In this document: piece after piece, positions 51,510-64,000 of the stretch | How the letters are laid out: each line of letters opens with the position of its first letter | Numbering within the stretch: position 1 is the first letter of the stretch | Source: Schizochytrium sp. TIO01 | Taxonomy: Eukaryota; Protista; Bigyra: Labyrinthulomycetes | Direction: 5' to 3' | Assembly (NCBI GenBank): GCA_004764695.1 | Contig: SMSO01000032.1 | Location: forward strand, 1,860,001 to 1,924,000 | DNA length: 64,000 nt | The notes under the pieces: model-generated | Database searches by the model: none | Told to the model about the DNA's origin: nothing | What the model saw: the letters and a program-made list of their open reading frames with translations, nothing else | Translations under genes and position numbers: made by a program

Positions 51510-52909
51510 CGCACTGCAAGCGGGCGTTTGAGATGAGTCAGTTGGCGCCTCGGAGCCGTCGCGTTCGAGATTAATTGCGAGGGTGAGATTTATTCATTTA
51601 GCCAGCAAGTTGGAGGTGAGGCAGAACGAAGGCAACGAATCGATTGAGCAGGAGGGATTGAGACAAGAGCTACGGCAGAACCAGCAGCGATTGAGTCCCC
51701 TCGAAATGACAAGGCCGCCAGCATCCTGGTGGCCGCAGTCATTTGCTGCTTAACCCAGGGCCCTCAGTCGGCCAAGAAAGCGAGCTAGCGAGCTGAGGAC
51801 ACGACAGAGACTCGTTCCCTCCCAACAGACCCGGCGAAGCAGTGAAGAATCAAATCAGCAGAGTTCGCGAGTGCACAATCGCAGCCAAATTGGCGAGATC
51901 CAAGTTAGAAGTGGAGTTCTCGTCAGTACTTATGATCTCCATGTTAAAGAATCAGATAAAATAACTCGAAATAAAAATAAAGAGAACGGGCCAGGCCCAG
52001 CAAGCTTGCGAAGATGCGATGAATGAATTGTAGCTTTTCTTTCTGAACGTCCTCGCTTCAGTTGCGAACGGAATAATTATCAACTGCGGAGGAGTCTTTG
52101 CCTCCCTTGCTGATGTCTTTCTTCTTGTGATGAGCTCTCCTCCGTAGTTTTTTGAAGAAATGATATTTGTTATTTGTTTAATATTAAATAAATAAAATAA
52201 AAATTAAGATAAACTTTCTGAATTTTCTGCTTCTCTTTCCACAGTCAGCTGAGGGCTGACTGCTGACTACCCACCCACCCACTTAATCATTGGCTGCCCA
52301 ACGACTGCCTGACCGACCGCCTGACTTTCTGGCCTCAAATCTACCTCGCGAGCACACTCGCCGAAGAACCGTGTTCTTCAACTTGTTCATCCTGTTCTTC
52401 TCGTTTTTATTGCTCTTCTCATCGCAGATCGCTCAGCCGCGTCTCCATCACTGCTTGCTGAGCGAAAGGGTTCTTGAAAAGCTCATGGTACTTCTAAAAC
52501 TATGGAAAGGAAGTGAAGCAGCGAGAAAGGCAGAAAGAAGGAATGCTCTCTCGAAGTAAGCTAGCAGTACGTGTCTTTCATACTAGCTGCAAAGCTGCTT
52601 TTGTTATTTTCGTTAACCTTTCTGGTACCAGCGGTACCACGAAACTGCGAGCCTGTCAAGGCCCCGCCATTGGCTTGAACCAGCGAGCGCTCGTTAGAAA
52701 GGATAAGCCAAATCCTCGCCAGGGCCCAGTACCGACCGGTTCACAGAAGGAAAGCAAGTCACGCGTGAAAAACGAGGTTAAAGCCGGTCGTTTTGAACAC
52801 ATGCATGCTCTCGCATGCACTAAGTCGAAGGAGCAAACGGAAAACTCCGCATTCTTGATTTTGATCACGATGAGGGAAATGAAGAAATGTTCCTGCAACA
52901 CCTGTCCAG

Positions 52910-53155
52910 TTTAGAAATAAAAGCATTTATTCCAAAAAAACTAAAAAAAACTAAACTTAAAAAGAATAAAAAATTAGCCTACATAGTTATTTTTTGTTTT
53001 GTTTAATAAACATGTTTTATTATAGTGTATTATATAAGATAACGCAACTATATTATTTTATTTATATGCCTATGTAAGCCTATATATATAATGTAAATAT
53101 TTAAATGTTGTCTTTAAAGGTTTTAATTCTAAGTTTTTCAAAAATCATAAAAATG
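52910..53155. other. Very AT-rich block at the distal edge of the polyQ-gene upstream domain
   Basis: About 245 bp consisting largely of A/T. Confidence 0.85.
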
Positions 53156-54199
53156 TCTTGCGGGAGACGTCCATCAGTCTGCTAGGAAGGGGAACGCAAC
53201 GCTGGAGTTCGACCCTCCGGTCACATCATGGGGAGCAATAATGTCCTAGAAATGCGACAAAACCGTGTCAAGGAATAGTTTAAAGTTTAATGTTGTCGCG
53301 ATGAATCATGGAGCCAGGACTGTAATCTTTTGGTGCTCAAGAGGTGTAATCTATTCGTTGCGGAATCACAGGCAAGTTTGAGTCCAGGACTCTGCATGGT
53401 ACGGGAAGAATGTCCTCACAAGACAATCACCTATAAGTCTACCAGATAACTGGTGCGTCTCAACGGTGCAATCTATCGCGGAGAGCTGTACATATACAAA
53501 TAACGACTCTATTATAATCTTCGCAATTCCCCGTAGTGAATGTGCCTGTACTGCATACTTACATTTGGAATGGACACTGGCGTGCTGTGCCGATCTGTCA
53601 TCTCTCGTTTTCGATGCTCCCCGTCTCTGATCTCTCTCATCTCTCAGTAAGCCTGTTGAGACTGTGTGAAAAGCACACAACTGCTTTTCTGACGCAAATA
53701 TTGTCTCGTGCGCATCAACTTTCTGGTTAGAACATAGCCGTTACGTACAAGTTGGTGTGCTTCCAGAGCGGTTTGCTGAGCAGGACGTGCAGTATCAATC
53801 ACAGTTATCTGCGGCCGGAATTGAGTGCTAGCTTTTGAAAGAAGTACCTCGAACCAACTATGCAGAACCGCGTGGTGGATAGTATAGGTAGATTAGCGAC
53901 GTGGCTCTAGATCCTTTGTTGAACGAGCATCCAGAGAATAGGAAAAATAGAGCACTTACTGACCAGAGAAAGGTCCAGCCTGATTCTGAGATTTACATAG
54001 TCAGGTCTTATTCGAATAGCTGCAAAACCGAGTGCGAGGAATTAAATAATACAGAACGAATTGCCCCAAAACTTTCCTTGGTAGGTAGTACCTACTCACT
54101 TAGATTCAAAACATTTCATTTATTTCATCTTATTTTATTTCATTTTTTCAATTTGCAAAAATAAAATAAAATTAAAATTAAAATAATTTGGCAAAAAAG

Positions 54200-54236
<37 letters not shown>

Positions 54237-54868
54237 AGGAAAAGGGAGGAAAAGGGAGGAAAAGTGAAAGTTCTAACGGGTTCTCTTGGTGCGCCAAGTT
54301 GGACGCCAGGCTCTTTCATCAGTATCCTTTTCAGTAGTATTGGCTTTTCTTTTAGACATGATATAGTAAATTTTGGATCTACTGTGTTCTTCATGCACGC
54401 TCATCTTTTACAAGTGAACTGGGGCCATTCTTTCGTGTGGAGATGGGTTAATTTTGTTAATCATGAATGTTGAGTGCTCTTCAAGATGTGATTAGAGATC
54501 AGTGCCAGTAGAAGTACCTAGGTATCTGACATGAAAGATGGAATTGGAAGCCAAACACTTACTGGTAAGCTTTCTTTACCTTGCTTGATGTTGAAGGTAG
54601 GGGAAAGTCGATGCTCGAAGTACCCAAAAGAAAACAAGGTAGCAGTATATACCTGCCATGGTACAGTAAGCTGGTGAATGAAATTGTGTAAGTTCTGAAA
54701 GTAAGAGTGGTTTAAGATGACAATCTCTTCTTTCTACTATTTCCTTACCTAGTAGGTGGTAGTAGGTGGATTTTGCTTTTATTATTGTTGTTGTTATTGT
54801 TGTTGTTGTTGCTATTGTTATTGTTATTTTTTAGATTTTTTACCTCGTAGAAACTTTGCTGAAAACAT

Positions 54869-55864
54869 TTACGACAGGATTTCAGGAGTCGGCCATTCCA
54901 TGTCGCTAAGAACACATCGAACAGCTTTGAGCTTACGAATCATGGTTTCGTAGATTACTTAGTTACTCCTTTTTAATTACCTGCTGCTTGAAGCCAAATA
55001 ATCTCAACATTGAAATGTTCAGGTAGCAATAAACCCACGATGAATGCAACGAGGCTTTTGGGGAACCAGAAAGAGGGTGCACTAATAAACACATGGTCCT
55101 TGAAAATTGTTAGAATATCATTTATGGTAGGGCCGTGCCCATAGTGGATAAAACTTAAGGAAATCGATTGTCCCCTCTGTACGAGAGGATAGAATATACC
55201 AGTTTGCAAAATACCCCTAGGCTTTCGCCACGTAGGTATTTTCCCGAACCTTTCCCGAATATATTGGTAGCCTTGGTGCGTTTTCCAGGTGGCGCGTTGT
55301 ACTCAATCCTTGAATAGTTTGAGGGATGCCAACCCACCGTCCCGGGACGGCCTAGGCACTGCGCATATTCCACAACATAGGAAGATTCCAGGTGGTACAA
55401 GATTTCGTATACGGAAAATATCAGAAATCTTTTGATCAATGTCCTGTGTTCCTTGGGAAACTTTGGAATAGTCGGCAATAAAAACCACCCCTGCGATTGA
55501 TTGGTCGTAGCATGCGAGATCAAGCAGGCCTACCTATACTCTGAAGAAACTCTTCCCCGGAAAGTGTTGCCTTAATAGCTTGATTTAAAGAGACTTTATT
55601 GAAGATGGAAGCATCACGCAAAATGCGTTGATGATTTTGATTGGAACGAGGTTTGTCGCTATATTCTTGAGCGACTGTTGCCAATTTAATTTTGCATCTT
55701 ATGTAGTAAGAATGAATTTTTATACTTTGAAAATTTTGGCCCCAACTAATTGAATTTCCATGGTCAGGCACGCGTAGATCACCACTGACTTGACTTGAAT
55801 GCAGTATTACAATAGTCAAAACCCTGCTTTTGCAATAACGTATCCGCCATTTGGTACGCAACAT
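54869..55864 (-). CDS. Cryptic multi-exon gene of unknown function with very short introns (ends uncertain)
   Basis: Four staggered minus-strand ORFs join into one open frame after removing GT-AG introns 55533-55491 (43 nt), 55398-55359 (40 nt) and 55214-55177 (38 nt). A further donor lies at 54980, and more donor/acceptor-like signals continue to about 54500. No family recognised. Confidence 0.5.
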
Positions 55865-58542
55865 CCCGCATGGCGTGGCGTTAAAAGACTCTCGTCACAT
55901 TCGTGCTGGTGTAGATGGCGACATAACAGACTATACAATTTAAAGTTAGGGCGACATTCTGATGTTGCTTTCTAATAAAGCAGTGAGCTTTTTTGTTTTT
56001 TCCAATGAGGATGTTTAAAAACAAAAGAGTATTTGCGTTTCATTTACTTTCCTTATTCTCAGCAAGGAAACCAAATACCAATTTTTAAAATTGAGGATTC
56101 TGTCAGTCCGTAGCTCTAACGACCTGACTTGCTTTGAGTTTTATTTTCAGTAATATGAATGGCAGATTGTGAGGCCTCGTTTTTATTTGTTTGATTCGTT
56201 TTGAATCCGTAATTGAATGGCATCACGCCGCACAGCACAACATATCTCATTATCTCTACTTGGACAAGCATTAAAGGAAATATGCCGACAAAGCAATTAG
56301 TGTGCGGTTTCTTTTTTCTTCCATGGACTCATTTCGAGGGAGATAGAGTGTGGGTGGGTTCAACCTCTTGAATCCTTTTCAGAATTATTGAAACAAGGAA
56401 ATTTTACAGCACATTAGACTCAGTCCAAAAAATGGTAAGAAACTCGGCTCTAGCATATTGATCACCTCGTACTTTTTTGCATCATATGGTAGCTTTTCGC
56501 TACTGTGCGACACGCCTGTTTGATCCTTCTTCTTGTTACCAAGGTATTCTCTTCTTCTCTTATTTTATTTTTTTGCAAGCACCAACGGAACTCTCTAGTG
56601 GTTCATTCACTATTGGCATGTTCAACACCCTATTTTCGCATTTAAACTGTTGCGAAGCTCAACCCTAATTTGACGACATGTTTTGTGTTAACTAACAACA
56701 ACGGTAGTGTTTGTTTCCGTTCTTCTGCTTAAATCAGCACAATAACTGCTTGCTTACCAACCCAAACTTAATGGCAAGGCAGGAGTCGCCACCTGGCAAT
56801 GCTGGGTTCGTTTTTGTCCCAAAGACGCAAATTGTATTTCATTTGCAACCAAACTTCTTCTGGAAGTATGGTGGAAGTAGTCCAAACTCAAAATATCAGT
56901 TGCGACCACGCCGACGTATTTTGTTTTTCGTTGATGTGGGGAAGAGGTAGAGAATAGAATTCGATAGAACTGGCGGCTCGATTTTGAGCGACCCCACCAA
57001 TAAAGGGTGCAAAGGAAGTAAAGATGGATTCAGTTGCACAGTAAGCTTATTTATTAGTAGTCCAACAGCCCGTGATTTGAACCTCGAAACAAACTTGTGT
57101 AAAAGTGACATACAAACGTTGACTGCTTAAGGTTTCATAGTAGCATAATACTAAATTTTTTAATTTTTTTTTCTCACTAAGCACTCTTTCTATTCTCCCT
57201 AGAGCACCTAAAATTTTGAAGTAACGGTTCTATCGGAATAAGCAAGTGCCGACTATGTTGGTCCAACCGCTAGCACTATGCTGTTAAAGGCTAGTTGGGG
57301 CAGCCCTTTTTGTGTTTGAGAGACAATAGTGCTATAAACAGTATTGCCTATCGTCTATTGGCCACAGAGAAAACACTATTAAGGGCATTTATTTTATTTT
57401 ATGAAACCGCCTGACAATTCGTGTCAGGACAAATTTTGTTTTGGCTGGATCAACCTCGTTCACTGTACTTTCCATGAGATAATATTGGCCCTCTTGTATC
57501 TCATTTTCCCATCACTCAATACATACACACGCACCCACCACTTTCGGTGATGCATAACTTTGGATCTCAATTTACAAGGACAGTTCGTCTGTTGACAAAT
57601 CTACCCCAGCAGCAACAACGATAGCAACAATAACAACAGTAGCAAGATTGCAAAACATTGCTGTCGATTTTCAAGAGCAGAAAGTGAAAATGATCCAGGG
57701 TAAGATGAATAAGGAGAATGTGTAGAATGGGCTGGCCTGCATTACGAATGACGATGGTGCGTCAAACAGTTCATTTTTCTTTTCTTTTTCTCTCATTCTT
57801 GCCGGAAAAAACAAAATAACAAAAATTCAAATCCAAAACCTTCGAAAACCCACCAACTTCAACGGGGGGTTTTCTTTTAGTGTTTGCGGAAGAGAATCAT
57901 TGAGAGTGCTCATCAACTCCAATATAAGTTTCATCTCTCAATTGGTTTGTTGACAGATGCAAACTGCAAAACCTCCGATTCCGCTTCATACAAACTTTTG
58001 TTAGCCCACCCACAGGGATAGGAAGGCAACGGCCACGTCACTTATGCGATGTGATCGAACTGGGGTATAGCTGGATCAAGATTCAATGTATGTCTGTGAT
58101 CCTCTAATCATTGAACTCAAGAAAAATATAGGCAGTGTGGAATGAGGAAGAACTTTAATCGTGTATGCATATCTGTATATATTTGGTGATGTAGAGCTTA
58201 GACTATGCGTAAAGATAAACGACAACATATCGAACATGCTTATAATTTATAAAGTCAAGATATGCTTCTTTGAACCACACAAAATTAAAGAACCCGCATC
58301 GACCTACATGAACTTGCATTGGTCTAGAAGCAAACTTGATCTAAGTCCGTATGTCGCGTATCTATCGTTTGCGTCCCAACGAGAAAATTATTTGCTTCAC
58401 CTCTTTCACTTTAGAAATTGAGGTGACATTCTACCATTTGGACTTCCCAATTTTAGTTTAGTTATTGTAACAGCGTTTGCTCGTTCTTTTCGACTTGAGA
58501 AGATTGCTTAATTGCTTAATTGTGCTCAGAACTTGTTCAATG

Positions 58543-58627
58543 AGTAATTAAGTGCAATTTCGCATCTACAAAGGATATTCCTCACTAAGTAATTAAGTGT
58601 AACTTCATATAAAGGATATGCCTCACT
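58543..58627. repeat. Imperfect tandem duplication of about 42 bp
   Basis: agtaattaagtg...aaaggatat(t/g)cctcact at 58543 and 58588. Confidence 0.85.
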
Positions 58628-61236
58628 CTAAGGTTGCCAACACCTTTAAATATTAGGCATTGTAGTGCGCCCTAATTGCATAGATGCTAGGCTTGTTCCT
58701 TTATGAAATGGCATCACCTAGAAAGGAGAGCAAATTCGTTCATGTTTTCAGCTCCTCATAACTGCCGATTGCATCTTTAGCTACTCGAATTGAATTTGGC
58801 CAACAACGAAGGATTAGTCTTCTGCCATCAAAGATCCCTCTCTGGTCTATAGCCTTTTACTAGGGATTTTAAGAACAACAATCTTCTCGCCACTCATGAA
58901 CAACTATGATTGTGTGTACTTGTACTTGCGGTCTTAGTATATTGCTTGTAACTAGGTTTTGGTGCTCCTGAACAATTATACAATTTGAAAAAAAATAAAA
59001 TGAAAAATATGATATAGAGGTAATTTGATTTGAAGAATTCTTGTGTGCATTGATTTTTGCTCTGTATCGGTAAAGAGCTAGGGAGATATTATTCTCCTTA
59101 CAAAACACTACCTATAGCGTTTCTTTGATTATTACTATCCCCTCTCGTATGTGGAGTTTTTTTTTAAACCATGGTGAGGGACTCGCCAGAGCTAATCACA
59201 GGTTATCTCTTTGCAGAATTACAGGTGAAGCCATCTGGAAATTATCCCCTTTTTAATTTTATTTTTAAAAAGTAATATTTCATTTTGTTGATAAGCACGA
59301 GTCACTTAGAAAGTCCAATTGATCTGCGCATCCAGGGATAAACTTGTTCGACGTCAAATTGACCAAGCACAGCAAGTTAGAACAAATGCAGCACGTGCTT
59401 GGAACGTGCGACTTCCCATCGTTTTACAAGCACCAAAGATTGCAGTCACCAACAAAAACAATTAATGCGATGCATTGCTGGTCTCCCTATGTAAGGTTCC
59501 TCTTTTACTATTCGAGAAGACATCGACTCATTTTAGTTCAACTAAGTATAAATCTTGTCCTTCCCAAATCGGAGTCCTTGACGGGCATCTGCATGAATTA
59601 AGAGGATTCGTACTGTAGATGCCCTATTAATTTTCTCATGCCAGATCTTACGCATGACTACTAGCTTCAGAAATCATGAATACTGCCAAAGATGATAAAT
59701 AGCCCAGTTATTTGAGCTTTCGATGTAATGCAAGTATAGAATCTCTTAGAAATTCAAGATACACCCAAAAAGAGCACATTCTTCCTTCTCTTGCCAATAG
59801 GCGGCATATATTCGACAATTCTTCCCCTAAGAGAACGCCCACAAGGTCAACTTTGTGTGCTTTGGCCTCAAATACGGGCTTTGGTCTCTTACGCCGTGGC
59901 AAACCTCGGAGCCCAGAAAGTCTCTGATCGGTCGCACCGTCAATTCGTGGTCGCTCGGCAAAGAATTAAAAACCCCGCTCCGGGTGTTCTCGAGCCCGGC
60001 ATCAATGGTTCATAGCCTTGGGTGCATGCAGCAGTCAGAACCTTGCAGCATCAGATGTGTAGGTGCCTGTGTGTTGTAGTCTCCAGACTCATGTATCATA
60101 CCTTCGCGCATTACATTTGCCACAGATGTAGCATACTCTCCAATATCGAGTACAGGGCTTCTTAAAAAAATTAAAGAATTGAATTTCATAAAAGATGACT
60201 AAAAAATGCATCAAATTAAGACGCCAAGATAAGGACGAGGCTACGAGCCCTCGGAGCTATTGGAGCACAAGGCGGACACGCCTATCTGCGGAGGCAGGCC
60301 GGTGCCCAGAAAACCTCCAGGGCAGGGTTGCGGAGGGGTAATCTTCAATCTTGTTTGGCGCTCTTTATTACGGAATCCCTGTGATGCATTACTATTGTTA
60401 CTTCACATTCTTAGCGGTTCTTCGCGTAGTACTTAGCTATATAAGGTCATCATCATCCGGGACGCTGCGTGAAGAAGAAAAAGCCCGCATCCCAAGAGTC
60501 GCATGGCTCTGCCAATTGCTTCGATGTGGCGCCGAGGAGATGGCGGGGATGGCACGAAGTGAGAGCTGGGAAGGAGGAACCTTAGAGGACATGGGTTGGT
60601 CCGAACGGAACCCAAAGAACTGCGCAGCAAAAGAACCTCCGTCCCCTCAAAAATGTCAATCTATTGAATATGCTTTCGGCCGTATCTTTTTCCTTTCTTT
60701 CTTTCTTTCTTTCTTATTTCCTTTCGTAAATGATGACGATCAAATGATAAACTAAATTTGTTTTTATAACCATAGTTTTGCGCTTCTCAATGGAACAATC
60801 GCTGTTTTTGGAGAGTCTTGAGCTCAGTGGCGTCGGCTCGCGAAGTACCAGTGGCTGTGCGATAGAGCGAGGTATACCTACCTACGCACGGGGTTTCTGG
60901 ATTAACTTGGATGTGGCATCTCGCGATTGATGATGATGACCTTTCTATCTTGTGGGAGGGGAAATGGTGTAAAACATGAGCTGCTAGCATGGCAGTAGCC
61001 AGGCTTAGGAGGTTATCTTCAAGCTCTGAGTTAAAGTTTACGAAAGGGATCTGTTTATGGATACAAAGAGGAAAAGATAGTAATGGATTAAGAAGAAGAA
61101 GAAGGAGAAGATCACCTGAGGATCATTTGAAGATCGATCACTCTCTTCTCTGTTGATCCGAAGGCAAAAGCCAAAATCGAAATCAAACTTGAATTGAGCA
61201 AGGTTACTCGAGCGAAGGGAAGCGAAGACTCCCGCG

Positions 61237-64000
61237 ATGACTACGCACGGCCGTGGAGGCGTGCAACGGAACGAGGGCCACGAGCCTGGTCCCCGACGAA
61301 GGCGTCAAGCCGCCAATCAGGCGCGGCACAGGGCCAATCGGCACAGCCATGATGGCAATGAACACGAAGATGTCAACACCGAAGACGGCCGTGAAGACCG
61401 CCGAGACCGTAGACATAGTGAAGAACAGCAGGATGGCGATCATGGTCAGAACCAGAACAATGAAGAAGGTGAAGGTATCCAGAACGAAGACCAAAATCAG
61501 ACGCCTCGGAGTCGGAATCGAAACCGCAATCGAAACCGCAATCGGCAGCAGCAGAATCAGAATCAGAACCAGCAGCGTGTAAAATTTCATTATGACGAAT
61601 GGTTGAGTCGTGAGGAAATTGAAGCTGGCGTTTCAGATGGATCTATTTTTACTGGAACAATGCGTATCAATGCCAAGAATCGGCGCGAAGCCTTCGTTAA
61701 TTGCCCGGAACTTGTGTGTGACATCTACATTCCGAGCGAGGTCGCAAGAAATCGCGCTCTAAACGGAGATGTGGTGGCCGTGAGGTTGACTGCTGAGGAT
61801 GAATGGCACGAGCGCAAGGAAGCAGCTGCTAAACTTTCCTCAGGCGTGGCCAAAATGGTTGACGCCTTCGCAAAGCTTGAAATGGCAGACGACGATGAGG
61901 GTCTATGGCAGCCGCTCGTTCAGAAGAACCACCCTGCAGCCAAACAGAAAATTCATGTTGAAGACGACGCTAGCAGCGATGATGATGATGACGAAGTTGC
62001 AGATGGTGAAACCGATACTGCAAAGAAGACCAAGAAGAAGCTCTCCAAAGCTGCCAAAGCTCGCATTAAGGCCATCAACGAAGGCCATCTGCAGCCTAGA
62101 GGTATTGTGGTTGGAGTTCTTGCAGCCAATGAAGGAGCTGGTGTTAATGAAGAAAGATCGCATGCCCAAGTCCATATTGGTGTGCTCGTGCCACAGTATG
62201 GATTTGAGCGCGAGCGTCCGAGCAAGGTGGTGAAGGGCAAGCCACTAGCCGCTGAAGAAGCTTTTGTGGAGTTTAGGCCGCTTGATGCGCGAGTACCGTT
62301 TTTCCTGATCCCACGAGGTGAGGTGCCATATGAGTTTGTGCAAGACCCGGTATCCTTCGCGCCGCCGCACCAAAAGCTTTTTGAGGCGACTATTGCGAAT
62401 TGGGAGGCCGAGCACCGCTTCCCTAAAGGCCGCTTGCTCCGCATGGTCGGCGAGGCTGGCGAGATTGGCCCTGAGACAGAGGCTCTCCTCATCGAAACAA
62501 ACTGTGATCACGGTGAGTTCCCCGAGGCAGCCCTTGACGTGTTGCGTGAGAAGATTCCAGAAGAAGGCGGGTTTCGCATTCCGGAAGACGAGATTAAGCG
62601 CCGCCGAGATCTGAGAACCTCTCACCGCATCTTCACCATTGACCCAGCCACTGCCAAGGACCTTGATGATGCCCTTAGTTGCGTGCCTATCCCAGCTGGA
62701 GCAGTCAGTGGTACCAATGGGCCTCTCCCAGCCCACTACGAAATTGGCGTTCATATTGCTGATGTTTCTTACTTTCTGGAACCTGACACTGCCCTTGACC
62801 GGGAAGCACAACGCCGCTCAACAACTGTGTATCTTGTAAACAAGGTCATTCCTATGCTTCCAGCACTTCTTTCCGAGGAGCTTTGCTCTCTTAATGAAGG
62901 CGTGGACCGCCTTGCATATTCGTGCATTTGGCGCATGACCGAGGATGGCCAGATGCTTTCTGGTGCGCCTCCACCATGGTTTGGTAGAACTGTCATTCGA
63001 TCATGTGCTCGCCTTGAGTACAGCCTCGCGCAACGCATGGTTGACGGTGTTGTGACAGAAAATAGTGTTGACACGGGCAACCCAGAAGATCCGGAGTGCT
63101 GGCCAGATCGACGTGCTCCAGCTGAACCTATCACAAAGGCTCAAGTCATTGAGGATGTACGAAACCTGTCGCGCATTGCAATGTCGAGACGCAAGATGCG
63201 TTTTGATAAATCCAAAGGTGGTGCTCTTGGTCTTGAGGCCATCAAGCTGTCCTTCCGGCGGGACGATCTTGGCAACCCGATTGGTGTCAAAACCTACCCT
63301 TTGTATGACTCGAACCGAACTATCGAAGAGTACATGCTTATGGCCAACTATCTTGTGGCTCAGCGCCTCATTTTGGATATGCAAAAGCTCGCGTTCATTC
63401 GCCACCACCCACCTCCTGACCCTCGTGGTATGGTTACTTTGATGCAGGCTATGGAACAGAAGGGCATCACCTTTGAGCCTACAGCTATGGCCAGCGCTGC
63501 AGGGCTCCATGAGACTCTCCAGCGCCTTCGCTATTCAGAGTCTGAAGAGCTTGTAGAGATCGTTAACTATCTCCTGCGTAAGCCCATGCGCCATGCTCTT
63601 TATGCAACTGCTGGATCTTTGGAGCAGCGGGATTGGCGACACTGGGCACTAAATATCCCTTACTACACCCATTTTACGTCACCGATTCGGCGTTACGCAG
63701 ATGTTATGGTACACCGTCAGCTAACCTATATCCTGAACGACGCTATCGAGGACTACCCGGATACCGAAGAAATTACACAACAGATTGCGGAACACTGTAA
63801 TGAGAAGAAGGATGCTAGCAAGCAAGCACAGGACGCTTCTGACCGTCTCTTCTTTTGTGTGTTCATTAAACAACGGTTTGCAAGTGGAAACCCAATCCGT
63901 ACTCTCGGTGTTGTGCAGGAGCTTGGACCCCAATCTTTCACCTTACTGTTGACTGAGTTTGGCGTTGAATGCCGTGTTCACGCAGAGATCGAATGGGGTG
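61237..64000 (+). CDS. DIS3L2: DIS3L2-type 3'-5' exoribonuclease (RNase II/RNB family), 3' end beyond the window
   Basis: Read by hand in frame 1: ATG at 61237 after an in-frame TGA at 61195. Low-complexity N-terminus without a PIN domain; cold-shock-domain entry YDEWLSREEIEAG...GTMRINAKNRREAFV...RNRALNGDVVAV; catalytic RNB motif IFTIDPATAKDLDDALS near 62630-62680; YYTHFTSPIRRYADVMVHRQL at 63661. Confidence 0.93.
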   Translation, partial: MTTHGRGGVQRNEGHEPGPRRRRQAANQARHRANRHSHDGNEHEDVNTEDGREDRRDRRHSEEQQDGDHGQNQNNEEGEGIQNEDQNQTPRSRNRNRNRNRNRQQQNQNQNQQRVKFHYDEWLSREEIEAGVSDGSIFTGTMRINAKNRREAFVNCPELVCDIYIPSEVARNRALNGDVVAVRLTAEDEWHERKEAAAKLSSGVAKMVDAFAKLEMADDDEGLWQPLVQKNHPAAKQKIHVEDDASSDDDDDEVADGETDTAKKTKKKLSKAAKARIKAINEGHLQPRGIVVGVLAANEGAGVNEERSHAQVHIGVLVPQYGFERERPSKVVKGKPLAAEEAFVEFRPLDARVPFFLIPRGEVPYEFVQDPVSFAPPHQKLFEATIANWEAEHRFPKGRLLRMVGEAGEIGPETEALLIETNCDHGEFPEAALDVLREKIPEEGGFRIPEDEIKRRRDLRTSHRIFTIDPATAKDLDDALSCVPIPAGAVSGTNGPLPAHYEIGVHIADVSYFLEPDTALDREAQRRSTTVYLVNKVIPMLPALLSEELCSLNEGVDRLAYSCIWRMTEDGQMLSGAPPPWFGRTVIRSCARLEYSLAQRMVDGVVTENSVDTGNPEDPECWPDRRAPAEPITKAQVIEDVRNLSRIAMSRRKMRFDKSKGGALGLEAIKLSFRRDDLGNPIGVKTYPLYDSNRTIEEYMLMANYLVAQRLILDMQKLAFIRHHPPPDPRGMVTLMQAMEQKGITFEPTAMASAAGLHETLQRLRYSESEELVEIVNYLLRKPMRHALYATAGSLEQRDWRHWALNIPYYTHFTSPIRRYADVMVHRQLTYILNDAIEDYPDTEEITQQIAEHCNEKKDASKQAQDASDRLFFCVFIKQRFASGNPIRTLGVVQELGPQSFTLLLTEFGVECRVHAEIEWG

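Noticed and set aside
55570-55630. LRDASIFNKVSL resembling a Harbinger transposase motif
   Set aside because: Other DDE motifs and terminal inverted repeats were not found; the segment fits the spliced unknown gene.
61204-63941. All ORF-track calls in this interval
   Set aside because: Shadows of the DIS3L2 frame, which the track omitted because it lacks a stop within the window.

Overview
Eukaryotic genomic DNA. Composition, codon usage and the microsatellite repertoire suggest a protist such as a thraustochytrid stramenopile, but this is inference only. Four intact, apparently intronless genes are well supported: a sodium:neurotransmitter symporter (NSS/SLC6) family transporter (7218-9134, -), a mitochondrial isobutyryl-CoA dehydrogenase ACAD8 (42887-44191, +), a 755-aa polyQ-rich putative transcription factor (45776-48043, -), and a DIS3L2-type exoribonuclease (61237 to beyond 64000, +), which the ORF track missed because it has no stop in the window. 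The rest alternates between two non-ORF compartments. One is microsatellite-rich and punctuated by AT islands; it lies upstream of the transporter (about 9.3-33.4 kb) and of the polyQ gene (about 48.5-53.1 kb). The other is plain, roughly 37-42% GC sequence (about 0-6.9, 33.5-42.2, 44.3-45.3 and 53.2-60.1 kb) holding cryptic genes with very short (about 38-56 nt) GT-AG introns and decayed reading frames, including two diverged inverted paralogous relics either side of ACAD8. I found no rRNA, no convincing tRNA, no CRISPR array and no recognisable intact transposon or virus. The best lead is the hidden tiny-intron / interrupted-frame gene class; it is a hypothesis needing RNA-seq, not a demonstrated new system.
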